Assembly: GCA_965224705.1 (NCBI GenBank)
Contig: OZ245056.1
Location: 1,248,001 to 1,312,000, forward strand
Length of the DNA stretch: 64,000 bases
DNA from: Spirochaetaceae bacterium
Lineage (GTDB): Bacteria; Spirochaetota; Spirochaetia; DSM-2461
Reading direction: 5' to 3'
A program made the translations under genes and the position numbers. The notes beneath the pieces were generated by a model. It saw nothing but the letters and a program-made list of their open reading frames with translations. It did no database searches and was not told the DNA's origin. Numbering within the stretch: position 1 is the stretch's first letter; the number at the start of each line of letters is the position of its first letter. Positions 21,010-31,100 of this stretch are shown one piece after another.

Positions 21010-22629
21010 ATGAAAAAACTACTCTTGCTATTATCTGTTCTCGCTTTGTCCGCAAGTATGGTATTCGGTGGCGGCGATAATGACAAAGGCCCCGCCCCTG
21101 ACGGTGACAAAGCTCCCGCCCCTGTCGAAGACAGCAGAATGGGGGGCGTGCTTGTATTCGCCCGTTCCGGCGACTCGGTGGGACTCGACCCCGCCCGGGA
21201 AACAGACGGCGAGTCCTTCTACGCGACACATCAAATCTTTGACACGCTCGTGGAGTTCAAGACAGGCACGACAGAAGTCGTTCCGGCACTGGCCACCAGT
21301 TGGGATGTCGCTCCCGATGGCCTCACCTATACATTTCATCTTCGGAAAGGCATTAAATTCCACGATGGCACGGCTTTCAACGCGGACGCTGTGGTATTTT
21401 CCTACATGCGTCAGCTTGATGAGAACAATGAGTATTACAAATACGGGCCGTGGAAATACTGGGGCAGCATGGATATGAGCAACATCATCAGTGCCATTAC
21501 CCCTATCGACGACTATACCGTCGAGTTCAAGCTCCTGAAGGTTGAAGCGCCGTTCATCGCGAACCTGGCCATGGACTTTGCCGGCATCGTCTCCCCGACG
21601 GCGTACAAGGCCGATCCTGAAGGCTTCTCTTCCAACCCGGTGGGAACCGGGCCCTTCAAGTTCATCAGTTGGACCAAGGATTCGGATATCGTCCTGGAGA
21701 GAAACGAAGACTACTGGGAGCCGGTTTATCTGGATCGACTCATTCTCAAAGTCATCCCGGACGCGACGGCACGCTGGCTGGCGCTCCAAAAAGGTGAAGT
21801 GGATCTTATCGACTTCCCCGCCGCCGATGATTTTCCAGCGATGAGGGAAAATCCTGATATTCAGTTGATCCAGCAGCCCGGTCTCAACGTCGGCTACCTG
21901 GCCCTCAACACGGAGAAGAAGCCCTATGACGACAAGCGTGTCCGTCAAGCCATGAACTACGCCATCAACAGGGATGAAATTATCGATGCGGTTTACGGCA
22001 ACGCCGGTCAGCCGGCGAAGAATCCCATTCCGCCGACGATGTGGTCTTACAATGATGATATCACCCCCTATCCTTACGATGTTGACACAGCCAGGGATCT
22101 TCTGGCGGAAGCGGGTTATTCCGATGGGTTCGAAACTGAAATCTGGGCCATGCCCGTTGCCCGTCCGTACAATCCTGATGCCCGTAAGATCGCCGAGATA
22201 ATGCAGGCTCAACTGGCAAAGATTAACGTAGAAGTGGAAATCATTTCCTACGAATGGGGCACGTACCTGGACAGAACCGATAATGGCGAACATCAAGCCG
22301 CCATGCTAGGCTGGACCGGGGACAACGGAGACCCGGACAATTTTCTCTTCACCCTTCTTTCCATCCCCGCTGCGGAGAAGCCTGCCATGAATATCGCCTT
22401 CTGGGAAAACGAAGATTTCAACAACCTCGTGGTTGAAGCCAAGGAAACCGCCGATTCGGCAAAGCGTACCAGCCTTTACCGGCAGGCCCAGGAAATCTTC
22501 CACGAAGAGGCTCCGTGGGTGACCATCGCTCATTCGATTGTTACTCTGCCCGCCAAAAAAACGGTTCGGGATTTTCTTATTTCGCCAACGGGAACCCGTG
22601 TATTCAAACAGGTCTGGCTTGAGAAATAA
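21010..22629 (+). CDS. dppA: Dipeptide/oligopeptide ABC transporter substrate-binding protein
   Basis: SBP family 5 motifs (LATSWDV, FHDGT, PVGTGPFKF, RPYNPDA, GWTGDNGDPDNF); AAGGAG RBS before ATG 21010. Confidence 0.9.
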   Translation: MKKLLLLLSVLALSASMVFGGGDNDKGPAPDGDKAPAPVEDSRMGGVLVFARSGDSVGLDPARETDGESFYATHQIFDTLVEFKTGTTEVVPALATSWDVAPDGLTYTFHLRKGIKFHDGTAFNADAVVFSYMRQLDENNEYYKYGPWKYWGSMDMSNIISAITPIDDYTVEFKLLKVEAPFIANLAMDFAGIVSPTAYKADPEGFSSNPVGTGPFKFISWTKDSDIVLERNEDYWEPVYLDRLILKVIPDATARWLALQKGEVDLIDFPAADDFPAMRENPDIQLIQQPGLNVGYLALNTEKKPYDDKRVRQAMNYAINRDEIIDAVYGNAGQPAKNPIPPTMWSYNDDITPYPYDVDTARDLLAEAGYSDGFETEIWAMPVARPYNPDARKIAEIMQAQLAKINVEVEIISYEWGTYLDRTDNGEHQAAMLGWTGDNGDPDNFLFTLLSIPAAEKPAMNIAFWENEDFNNLVVEAKETADSAKRTSLYRQAQEIFHEEAPWVTIAHSIVTLPAKKTVRDFLISPTGTRVFKQVWLEK

Positions 22630-22700
22630 AGCTGTTTGATAATTTTTTGATGACAAACCGGCTTGCTCCTCTCGGGGAGTGAGTCGGTTGAAGACAATTT

Positions 22701-23717
22701 ATGCTGAAATTCGCCCTGAAAAGATTGACACTGCTGGTACCGACTCTGCTCGGGGTTGTTACGCTGGTTTTCTTCATGATCGCCCTCTCACCCGGCGATC
22801 CGGCGCGTGTCATGTTGGGCGAGAGGGCAAGCGCCGAACAATTGGCCAGGTTGAGAGAGGAACTTGGCCTGGATCAGCCTCTTGGAAAGCAATACTTCCT
22901 CTATCTCGGACGTATCGTCCGGGGTGACCTGGGCAAGTCCATTCTCACCCAGCAGAGGGTTACGGAGGAACTTCGTCAACGGCTTCCGGCCACGATTGAA
23001 CTGGCCATTACCGCCACCATCTTCGCTTCAATACTTGGCATCGTGTTGGGAGTGGCTGCGGCGAGGAAGAGAAACTCCTGGGTGGATTATTCCACCATGA
23101 CCGGCGCCCTTGTCGGTGTTTCGATGCCGGTTTTTTGGCTCGCCCTGGTTCTTATTATGGTGTTTTCGATTGCTCTGGACTGGCTTCCTACCGGAGGACG
23201 GATGGATGTCAGGCTTTATTTCACCCCCATCACGCATTTCTACCTCTTAGACGGCATGATTCTCTGGCTCCGGGGAGAAGGAGGACAGGTGTTTCTCAAC
23301 GCTCTGAAACATCTCATCCTGCCTACCGTCGCTCTGGGAACCATCCCCCTGGCCATCATCGCCAGGACAACCCGGAGTTCCATGCTTGAGGTTCTCAAAC
23401 AGGACTATGTCAAAACCGCCAGGGCGGCGGGTGTGCCTGAAGGCCGGGTTATATACCGCTATGCCTTGAGGAACGCGCTCTTGCCGGTGATTACCGTCAT
23501 CGGAATCCAATTCGGCCTTCTGCTTTCAGGGGCCATCCTTACCGAAACCATCTTCGCCTGGCCGGGGATAGGAAAATGGATTTACCATTCCATCAGCGCC
23601 CGTGATTTCCCGGCAGTCCAGGGAGGAATACTCTTTATCAGCTTCTTCTTTGTGATGATCAACCTGGCGGTCGATCTGCTGTATTCGGTCATCAACCCGC
23701 GGATCAGGCTGAAGTGA
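22701..23717 (+). CDS. dppB: Peptide ABC transporter permease
   Basis: PGDPA, GDLGKS, TRSSMLEVL..DYVKTARA and ETIFAWPGIG motifs. Confidence 0.92.
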   Translation: MLKFALKRLTLLVPTLLGVVTLVFFMIALSPGDPARVMLGERASAEQLARLREELGLDQPLGKQYFLYLGRIVRGDLGKSILTQQRVTEELRQRLPATIELAITATIFASILGIVLGVAAARKRNSWVDYSTMTGALVGVSMPVFWLALVLIMVFSIALDWLPTGGRMDVRLYFTPITHFYLLDGMILWLRGEGGQVFLNALKHLILPTVALGTIPLAIIARTTRSSMLEVLKQDYVKTARAAGVPEGRVIYRYALRNALLPVITVIGIQFGLLLSGAILTETIFAWPGIGKWIYHSISARDFPAVQGGILFISFFFVMINLAVDLLYSVINPRIRLK

Positions 23718-23726
23718 GGCTGTGAT

Positions 23727-24599
23727 ATGAGAGAGCGAAACACGATTCCCGCCGAGCCGGGATTCTGGGCTGAATCCTGGCACCAACTCACCCGAAACCG
23801 CGCCGCCATGGCGGGTCTCATCATCGTTACCGGCTTCGCGCTTCTGGCCGTTTTCGCCCCGCTTCTGGCCCCCCACGACCCCCTGGAGCAGACGATTTCC
23901 GCCCGAATGACGGCGCCGTTCAATGGCGCCTACATTCTCGGCACCGACGATCTGGGGAGGGATATGCTTTCCCGCATTATTTACGGCGGCCGAATCTCCC
24001 TCATCATCGGGGTTGTCTCCGTTGGGATAAGTTTACTGCTGGGAATCACGCTGGGTGTCATCGCCGGTTATTTCGGCGGCTGGCAGGACAAGGTGATCAT
24101 GCGGATTATCGACATCATGCTTGCTTTTCCCTACATACTCCTCACCATCGTTATTGTGGCCATACTTGGGCCCTCGCTGTTTAACGCCATGGTGGCCATC
24201 GGCATTAGCCAGATGCCCCGCTACGCCCGGGTTATCCGTGCTTCGGTACTGGCTGAACGGGAGCAGGACTATGTCATGGCCGAGCGGGCTTTGGGAACGG
24301 GCAACCTGGAATTGATGTTTCATACGATACTTCCCAATGCACTTTCGGCCACCATCGTCCAGGCCACACTGGGTGTCGGTGAAGCAATTCTGAGCTCTGC
24401 GGGTTTGAGTTTCCTGGGTCTTGGCGCCCAGCCTCCAACGCCCGAATGGGGCTTGATGATTGCCTCCAGTAAACAATTCATCACCAGTGGCTGGTGGATT
24501 GTGACCCTCCCGGGCATCGCGATTCTTCTGGCGGTTCTGGGATTCAACCTCCTGGGCGACGGCCTGCGCGATATTCTCGACCCGCGGCTGAGGGATTAG
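23727..24599 (+). CDS. dppC: Peptide ABC transporter permease
   Basis: LGTDDLGRD, LSFLGLGAQPPTPEWG and FNLLGDGLRDILDP motifs. Confidence 0.92.
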   Translation: MRERNTIPAEPGFWAESWHQLTRNRAAMAGLIIVTGFALLAVFAPLLAPHDPLEQTISARMTAPFNGAYILGTDDLGRDMLSRIIYGGRISLIIGVVSVGISLLLGITLGVIAGYFGGWQDKVIMRIIDIMLAFPYILLTIVIVAILGPSLFNAMVAIGISQMPRYARVIRASVLAEREQDYVMAERALGTGNLELMFHTILPNALSATIVQATLGVGEAILSSAGLSFLGLGAQPPTPEWGLMIASSKQFITSGWWIVTLPGIAILLAVLGFNLLGDGLRDILDPRLRD

Positions 24600-24601
24600 A
24601 T

Positions 24602-25615
24602 ATGACGGATCGCAGGGCTGAGGGAACAATCCTCGGGATGGAAAATCTCAGCGTCAGCTTCCACACCCGGCGCGGAGTTGTCCGGGCTGTGCGGAACCTG
24701 AATCTCAGGATTGAAGAGGGTGAAACCCTCGCATTGGTGGGCGAATCGGGCTGCGGGAAATCTGTGACCGCCCACGCCATCACCCGGCTGATTCCCATGC
24801 CTCCGGGTGTGATTGAAAACGGGCAGATCCGTTTCCGGGAAACCAACCTGCTCGCCCTTTCAGACAAGGAGATGCGCTCTCTCCGAGGATCGAAGATCAG
24901 TATGATTTTCCAGGAACCTATGACGAGCCTGAATCCGGTCTTCACCATCGGAACTCAGATCGCCGAGGTGTTCCTCTCCCATGAGAAGATTGGCCGGAAG
25001 GAGGCCCATGAGAGGGCCGTGGACCTATTGGACCTCGTCAAAATTTCCGATCCGGGAAAACGGGCCAAATCCTATCCCCACCAACTGTCCGGCGGAATGC
25101 GGCAGCGGGCCATGATCGCCATGGCCCTGGCATCCCCGGAGCCCGGTCTCATGATAGCCGACGAACCAACCACAGCTCTGGATGTGACAATCCAGGCCCA
25201 GGTGCTCCAGCTTCTGGGAGAGCTCAAAGACCGGGTTGGCATGGCCCTCCTCCTCATCACGCACGACATGGGTGTTGTGGCCGAAACGGCCGACAGGGTT
25301 GCCGTGATGTATGCCGGGCGCAAAGTGGAAGATGCTCCGGTCCGGGAACTCTTTGCCAGGCCCCGCCATCCGTACACGGTCGGCCTGCTGGGCTGCCAGC
25401 CATCAGCTCCGGCGAATCAGGGCGCAGTCAGGCTGACTTCAATCAGCGGTTCCGTACCAGACCTTCTTTCTATGGGAGAGGGATGTCCCTTTGCGAATCG
25501 ATGCGGGAATGCCGACGAAATCTGCCGCGAAAGCTTCCCTGAGCAATCGGATGCCGGGATGAACCACTCTTTCTGCTGCTACAACCCGGACGGCACGGGG
25601 GTTAAGAATTCATGA
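24602..25615 (+). CDS. dppD: Peptide ABC transporter ATP-binding protein
   Basis: GESGCGKS, YPHQLSGGMRQR, ADEPTTALD and a C-terminal Cys cluster; start placed at MTDRR. Confidence 0.92.
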   Translation: MTDRRAEGTILGMENLSVSFHTRRGVVRAVRNLNLRIEEGETLALVGESGCGKSVTAHAITRLIPMPPGVIENGQIRFRETNLLALSDKEMRSLRGSKISMIFQEPMTSLNPVFTIGTQIAEVFLSHEKIGRKEAHERAVDLLDLVKISDPGKRAKSYPHQLSGGMRQRAMIAMALASPEPGLMIADEPTTALDVTIQAQVLQLLGELKDRVGMALLLITHDMGVVAETADRVAVMYAGRKVEDAPVRELFARPRHPYTVGLLGCQPSAPANQGAVRLTSISGSVPDLLSMGEGCPFANRCGNADEICRESFPEQSDAGMNHSFCCYNPDGTGVKNS

Positions 25616-26607
25616 GTGCGTTGCTGTCGGCCAGGAATATCAGGAAGAACTTCCTTATTAAGGATGACCGGGGACCGGCCCAATTGCTCAAAGCCGTCGA
25701 TGACGTGTCACTGGACATCGGCCCCGGTGAAGTCGTTGGGGTTGTCGGTGAATCCGGCTGCGGTAAATCCACCCTCGGGAAAACCCTCCTCCGGCTTCAC
25801 GAGCCGGATGGCGGTACCCTTCGCTGGAAGGGTGAAGACATGGGGGCCTTCGCCGGGCAGAAACTCAAAGGGATACGGAAGTCGATGCAGATAATTTTTC
25901 AGGATCCCTTCTCGTCTCTTAACCCCCGGAAAAGAATTAAGGACATCATCGCCCAGCCGTTACGGGTTCACAAGACAGGTGATGTGCCGGAAATCAACGA
26001 ACGTGTCGAAATGGTGATGCGGGAAGTTGGCATTGATATCGCTTATGGCCGACGCTATCCGCATCAGTTTTCCGGTGGTCAGCGGCAGCGCATCGGCATT
26101 GCCCGCGCTCTGATTCTGGAGCCTGAATTCATCGTTTGTGATGAGGCCGTTAGCGCCCTGGATGTTTCCATTCAGGCCCAAATACTCAATCTCCTCCTGG
26201 ACCTCAGGGAAAGGCATAATTTCGCCAATTTGTTCATCTCCCACGACCTCTCGGTGGTGAAATTTCTCGCCCAAAGAATACTGGTGATGTATCTCGGCCG
26301 CATTGTCGAAAAGGCGCCAAAGACCGACCTCATGTCGGCGCCGCTTCATCCCTACACCCAGGCCCTGCTGGCGGCCTTTCCCGCCGCTGATCCATCAAGA
26401 CGGGACACCAGAAAGCAGATTGTTGTCGGCGATGTACCGTCACCGCAGAATCCACCGACGGGCTGCCATTTCCATCCGCGCTGTCCCATCGCGAAGGATC
26501 GGTGCCGGGAGGCTTATCCTCCCTTAGCCGAGGCTGCACCCGGTCATCAGGTGGCCTGCTGGGAGGTTCGCGAGAAATCATCCTCAAGACATGACAATCG
26601 CATCTAA
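25612..26607 (+). CDS. dppF: Peptide ABC transporter ATP-binding protein
   Basis: GESGCGKST, YPHQFSGGQRQR and GCHFHPRCP motifs. Confidence 0.92.
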   Translation: MSALLSARNIRKNFLIKDDRGPAQLLKAVDDVSLDIGPGEVVGVVGESGCGKSTLGKTLLRLHEPDGGTLRWKGEDMGAFAGQKLKGIRKSMQIIFQDPFSSLNPRKRIKDIIAQPLRVHKTGDVPEINERVEMVMREVGIDIAYGRRYPHQFSGGQRQRIGIARALILEPEFIVCDEAVSALDVSIQAQILNLLLDLRERHNFANLFISHDLSVVKFLAQRILVMYLGRIVEKAPKTDLMSAPLHPYTQALLAAFPAADPSRRDTRKQIVVGDVPSPQNPPTGCHFHPRCPIAKDRCREAYPPLAEAAPGHQVACWEVREKSSSRHDNRI

Positions 26608-26666
26608 CTCTATCCCCCCAAAACCCCCCCCTTGCATAAACACCAGAACTTCCATAATGTAAAGTC

Positions 26667-27082
26667 ATGGAAACAACCAGACCATTCGATCCGCTGTCTG
26701 ACTTGTTTGCCCGTGCCCTTCTGGGCGATGAGAAAAACACCAGCCTGCTGACGAATTTCATCAATGCATTTCTAACTCCAAAGGTTATTTGAAGGAAGAC
26801 GAGATGCCCGTGCTATTGGGAGACAACCCATATATTCAGGAGGCCCATAAACTCTACACAACATTCACTGCCGATCAAGCCATGCTTGACAGGCTGGAAG
26901 CCAAAGAGAAATGGAGAAGGGATTATCTAAGCGGCCTGGATGAATCCTGGAACGATGGCAGGGAAAAAGGTAGAGAAGAAGGCATAACGCAAACAGTCAA
27001 AGACTTCAAGGCTGCCGGAGTTTCCATTGATATCATCATCAAGGCCACCGGCCTGAGCGAAGAAGAGATCCAGAAGCTCTAA
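26667..27082 (+). pseudogene. Internally deleted Rpn-family PD-(D/E)XK nuclease; C-terminal ORF 26804..27082 intact
   Basis: N-terminus METTRPFDPLSDLFARALLGDEKNTSLLTNFINAFL jumps out of frame to the C-terminal ...GREKGREEG...KATGLSEEEIQKL; the nuclease core is missing. Confidence 0.75.
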
Positions 27083-27087
27083 CAGAA

Positions 27088-27180
27088 ACAAAGCTCCCCT
27101 GTCGAAGACAGCAGGGCGGGGGGTGTGCTTGTATTCGCCCTTCCGGCGACTCGAAGGCATAACTTCGCCAATTTGTTCAT
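27088..27180 (+). repeat. Composite fragment duplicated from dppA and dppF
   Basis: 27088..27153 resembles 21107..21177 (dppA 5' region); 27154..27180 resembles 26211..26237 (dppF). Confidence 0.85.
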
Positions 27181-27251
27181 TAATTGCCCTGAACACTCTC
27201 TCTGCGGTCAAAAACCATGGATAAGGCTTTCACTGTGTTTCAGTGGAATCT

Positions 27252-27830
27252 TCAGTGAGAGAAATAGTCCGGTTCCTGTCCTTCCTCCCATTTGATGTTA
27301 CACCCAACACTGGGTTTCTGGTCTTCGGAGACCGGGGTGTTGTTGAGAATCGCATCAACGGCCGAACTCAAATCCGCTCCGGTGATTGGTTGATTATTGC
27401 CGGGGCGGGCCTCATCGAACTGCCCCCTGTAGACAAGTTGATGCTGGGCATCGAAAAGGAAGAAATCGGGAGTACAGGTGGCCTTGTAGGTTTTGGCGGT
27501 ATTCTGGCTGGCATCATGGAGGTAGGGCACGAGAATGCCGTATCGGCGGATGAAATCCGGCATCCTGTCAGGCCCATCCTCCGGATGTGAGATTGAACTG
27601 TTAGAATTAATCAGCACGACACCCAGACCTTTTTCCGTATATTTCGCTGTGAGTTCGCCAAGTTTTTCTCCGATGTATTGGACAAAGGGACAGTGATTGC
27701 AGATGAACGCAACCAGAAGAGGCTGGTCTATGAAATCTCTGCGCGATACAGTCTTCCCCTCACAATCGGGGAGGGCAAAATCAGGGGCTGAGGTACCCAG
27801 GGGGTTCATTGCGGATGGTGTTACCGACAT
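27252..27830 (-). CDS. Thioredoxin-fold AhpC/TSA family protein
   Basis: APDFALP, FICNHCPFV, CTPDFFLFD, YRGQFD and SVGCNIKW motifs; AGGAGG RBS before ATG 27830. Confidence 0.9.
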   Translation of the reverse strand: MSVTPSAMNPLGTSAPDFALPDCEGKTVSRRDFIDQPLLVAFICNHCPFVQYIGEKLGELTAKYTEKGLGVVLINSNSSISHPEDGPDRMPDFIRRYGILVPYLHDASQNTAKTYKATCTPDFFLFDAQHQLVYRGQFDEARPGNNQPITGADLSSAVDAILNNTPVSEDQKPSVGCNIKWEEGQEPDYFSH

Positions 27831-27875
27831 ATTGCCTCCTATGGCAAGATAGCAGTTTTGTCCCCATGAGGCAAG

Positions 27876-27901
27876 GAGTCTGTCGGACTTTAAGACTCCA
27901 G
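27876..27901 (+). mobile_element. MITE left-end fragment
   Basis: CAAG followed by GAGTCTGTCGGACTTTAAGACTCCAG, with no core or right end. Confidence 0.75.
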
Positions 27902-28127
27902 GGAGGATGGTGGGTCCTGAATGCACAATAGGGACTAAATTGTCTTCGTTATCGGCAAGAAAGGTAAAATTCAGTGTGGGAAAAAGATTTGTATTGCTTT
28001 TTCGTTGTATAATGGTTTTATTCAATGTACCTGCTAAGATTATGGTATGCAAAAGTTGCTTTTTAAAGGGACCCTTAACAAAAACTATTGAGATGTCGAT
28101 GAAGTCTATTGTAAGGAGGAATCCTGT

Positions 28128-31100
28128 ATGACGGTTCAAAGAATTCTCGCTGCTCTTCTGGGAATATCCATTCTAATCGGATGTCCATCGCCAAATACTG
28201 AGCTAACCGATGCAGAGTTGGTGGCGGTAGCCAAGGCGGATCTGGCTATCACGTATGGGGGAAGTGATAACGCAGCCAGCGTAACTCAGGATGTAACCCT
28301 CCCAACCACCGTGGCCACCGCTTCCGGCGTAAGCATTTCATGGAGCAGTGACAACACGGCCATTGATGCCGCAACGGGAAAGGTTACACGCCCAAGCGCC
28401 TCTTCCGGTGATGCCTCAGTCACCCTGACAGCAACCATTGAAAAAGGAAGTGAATCTGACACAAAGACCTTCTCCCTTAAGGTTGAGGCAGCACCCACAG
28501 ACGCAGAGTTGGTGGCAACAGCCAAAGATGATCTGGCTGTCATTTATGGGGGAAGTGATGACGCGGCCAGCGTAACTCAGGACATAACCCTCCCAACCAC
28601 CGTGGCCTCCGCTCCCGGCGTAAGCATTTCATGGAGCAGTGACAACACGGCCATTGATGCCGCAACAGGAGTGGTTACCCGCCCGGCCAGCGGCGCTGGC
28701 AATGTTATAGTGGGACTGACAGCAGCCATTAAGAAAGGAAGCGAATCTGACTCAAAGACCTTCCCTCTCATGGTCCTAAAAGAAGGGGGAGTTCCTCCCA
28801 CAGATACAGAGTTGGTGGTGACAGCCAAGACTGATCTGGCTATCACGTATGGGGGAAGTGATAACGCAGCTAGCGTAACTCAAGATATGACCTTGCCAAC
28901 CACTGTGGCCACCGCTCCCGGTGTAAGCATTTCATGGAGCAGTAACAACCCGGCCATTGATGCCGGAACGGGAGCGGTTACCCGCCCAAGCGCCTCTTCC
29001 AATGATGCCTCGGTGACTTTGACAGCGACTATCACTAAGGGGTCCGCCACCGACACAAAGACCTTCGACCTCACCGTGCTCAAAGTAGTACCAACAGACA
29101 TCGGAACACTTGGCAGCTTCACCATTGATGTGGGTGACGCAACAGTAGAGGCAAACACTGCTGGTTCTCACAGCGTAACGGTAAATGGAAATCTCAATCC
29201 GGGAAGCGACTATACCCTGACCATAACGAGTCCTCTTACCATCACGAATACAGGAGCTATCACCATACCTAATACCTACACTTCAACAGGTACACATCAG
29301 ATAACCGTAACAGCTACCGGCCGCGGCAACTACACCGGCACGAAAACGGCAACCTTCACTTTTACGGTGGTTCTTTCAGATGCCGATGCGGTGGCTGCAG
29401 CCAAAACAGCCCTGGATATCACGGATATTACCTTTGCCTCAGGGGAAGACAAAGATAGTGTAAAGCAGGACCTAACCCTGCCGACCTCTGGCGAGGAAGC
29501 TACAACTATTGCATGGAGCAGTGACAACACGGCTATTGATGCCGCAACAGGAACGGTTACCCGCCCAAGTGCCTCTTCCAGCAGTGATGCTTCAGTGACC
29601 CTGACAGCAACTATCACCAAGGGAGCCGCCACCGCCACAAAGACCTTCGTCCTCTCCGTGATCAAAGAAGTACCAATAGACATCAGTACACTCGGCAGCT
29701 TCACCATTTCCGTTGCTAACACAACAGCAGAGACAAACACCGAGGGCTCTCACAGCGCGGCGGTAAATGGCGGTCTCACTGCGGGAAACGACTACACTCT
29801 TTCCATAACGGATCCCCTTACCATAACGAATGCAGGAGCTATCACCATACCTAATACCTACACTTCAACAGGTACACATCAGATAACCGTAACAGCTACC
29901 GGCCGCGGCAACTACACCGGCACGAAAACGGCAACCTTCACTTTTACGGTGGTTCTTTCAGATGCCGATGCGGTGGCCACAGCCAAAACAGCCCTGGATA
30001 TCACGGATATTACCTTTGCCTCAGGGGAAGACAAAGATAGTGTAAAGCAGGACCTAACCCTGCCGACCTCTGGCGATGAAGGGACAGCCATTTCATGGAG
30101 CAGTGACAACACGGCCATTGATGCCGCAACGGGAGCGGTTACCCGCCCAGACGCCTCTTCCAGTGATGCCTCGGTGACCCTGACAGCGACTATCACCAAG
30201 GGAGTTGCCACTGCCACAAAGACCTTCGTCCTCACCGTGCTCAAGGAGGAACCAATAGACATTGGAACACTCAGCAGCTTCAGCATTGATGTGGATGACA
30301 CAACAGCAAAGACAAACACCGAGAGTTCTCACAGCGTGACGGTAAATGGCAGTCTCTCTGAGGGAACCGACTACGATCTTGACATAACGGATCCTCTTAC
30401 TATCACGAATGCTGGGGTTATCACCATACCTAATACCTACACTTCAACAGGTACACTTCAGATAACCGTAACGGCTACCGGCAAAGGCAACTACTCCGGC
30501 ACGAAAGCGGCAACCTTCACCCTGACGGTGGGTTATTCAGATGCAGAGTTGGTGGCGCAAGCCAAAACAGATTTGGCTATCACTTATGCAGTAAATGATA
30601 GTGCAAGTGCCGTAACTCAGGACCTAACCTTGCCAACCACTGGCACTGGAGGGACAACTATTGCATGGAGCAGCAACAACACGGCTGTTATTACCCATGC
30701 AGGAGCGGTTACCCGCCCAAGTGCCTCTTCTAGTGATGCCTTCGTTACCCTGACAGCAACCATTACAAGTGGAAACGTATCTGACACAAAGACCTTCACT
30801 CTCACCGTGAGCAAGGAGGAACCAATAGACATCGGAACACTCGGCAGCTTCACCATTACCGTTGCCAATAAAACGGTAGAGACAAATTCTGCTTCTACGG
30901 ACACTCACTCCGTAACGATAGGAGGCGGTCTCGCTACGGTAACCGACTACACTCTTGGCATAACGTCTCCTCTTGTCATCACGGATGCAGGTGCTATTAG
31001 CATACTCCCAAATTCCTACACCTCAGTAGGTACACATACGATAACCGTAACAGCTACCGGCCGCGGCAACTACACCGGCACGAAAACGGCAACCTCACCC

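Noticed and set aside
21031..22296. 421-aa antisense ORF over dppA and the other long shadow ORFs (e.g. 11669..12322, 16134..16757, 36345..36980, 57830..58462)
   Set aside because: They lie opposite well-supported genes and have no recognisable motifs.
27831..28139. N-terminal extension of the thioredoxin-fold ORF
   Set aside because: It runs through a MITE fragment and the divergent intergenic region; a strong RBS precedes ATG 27830.
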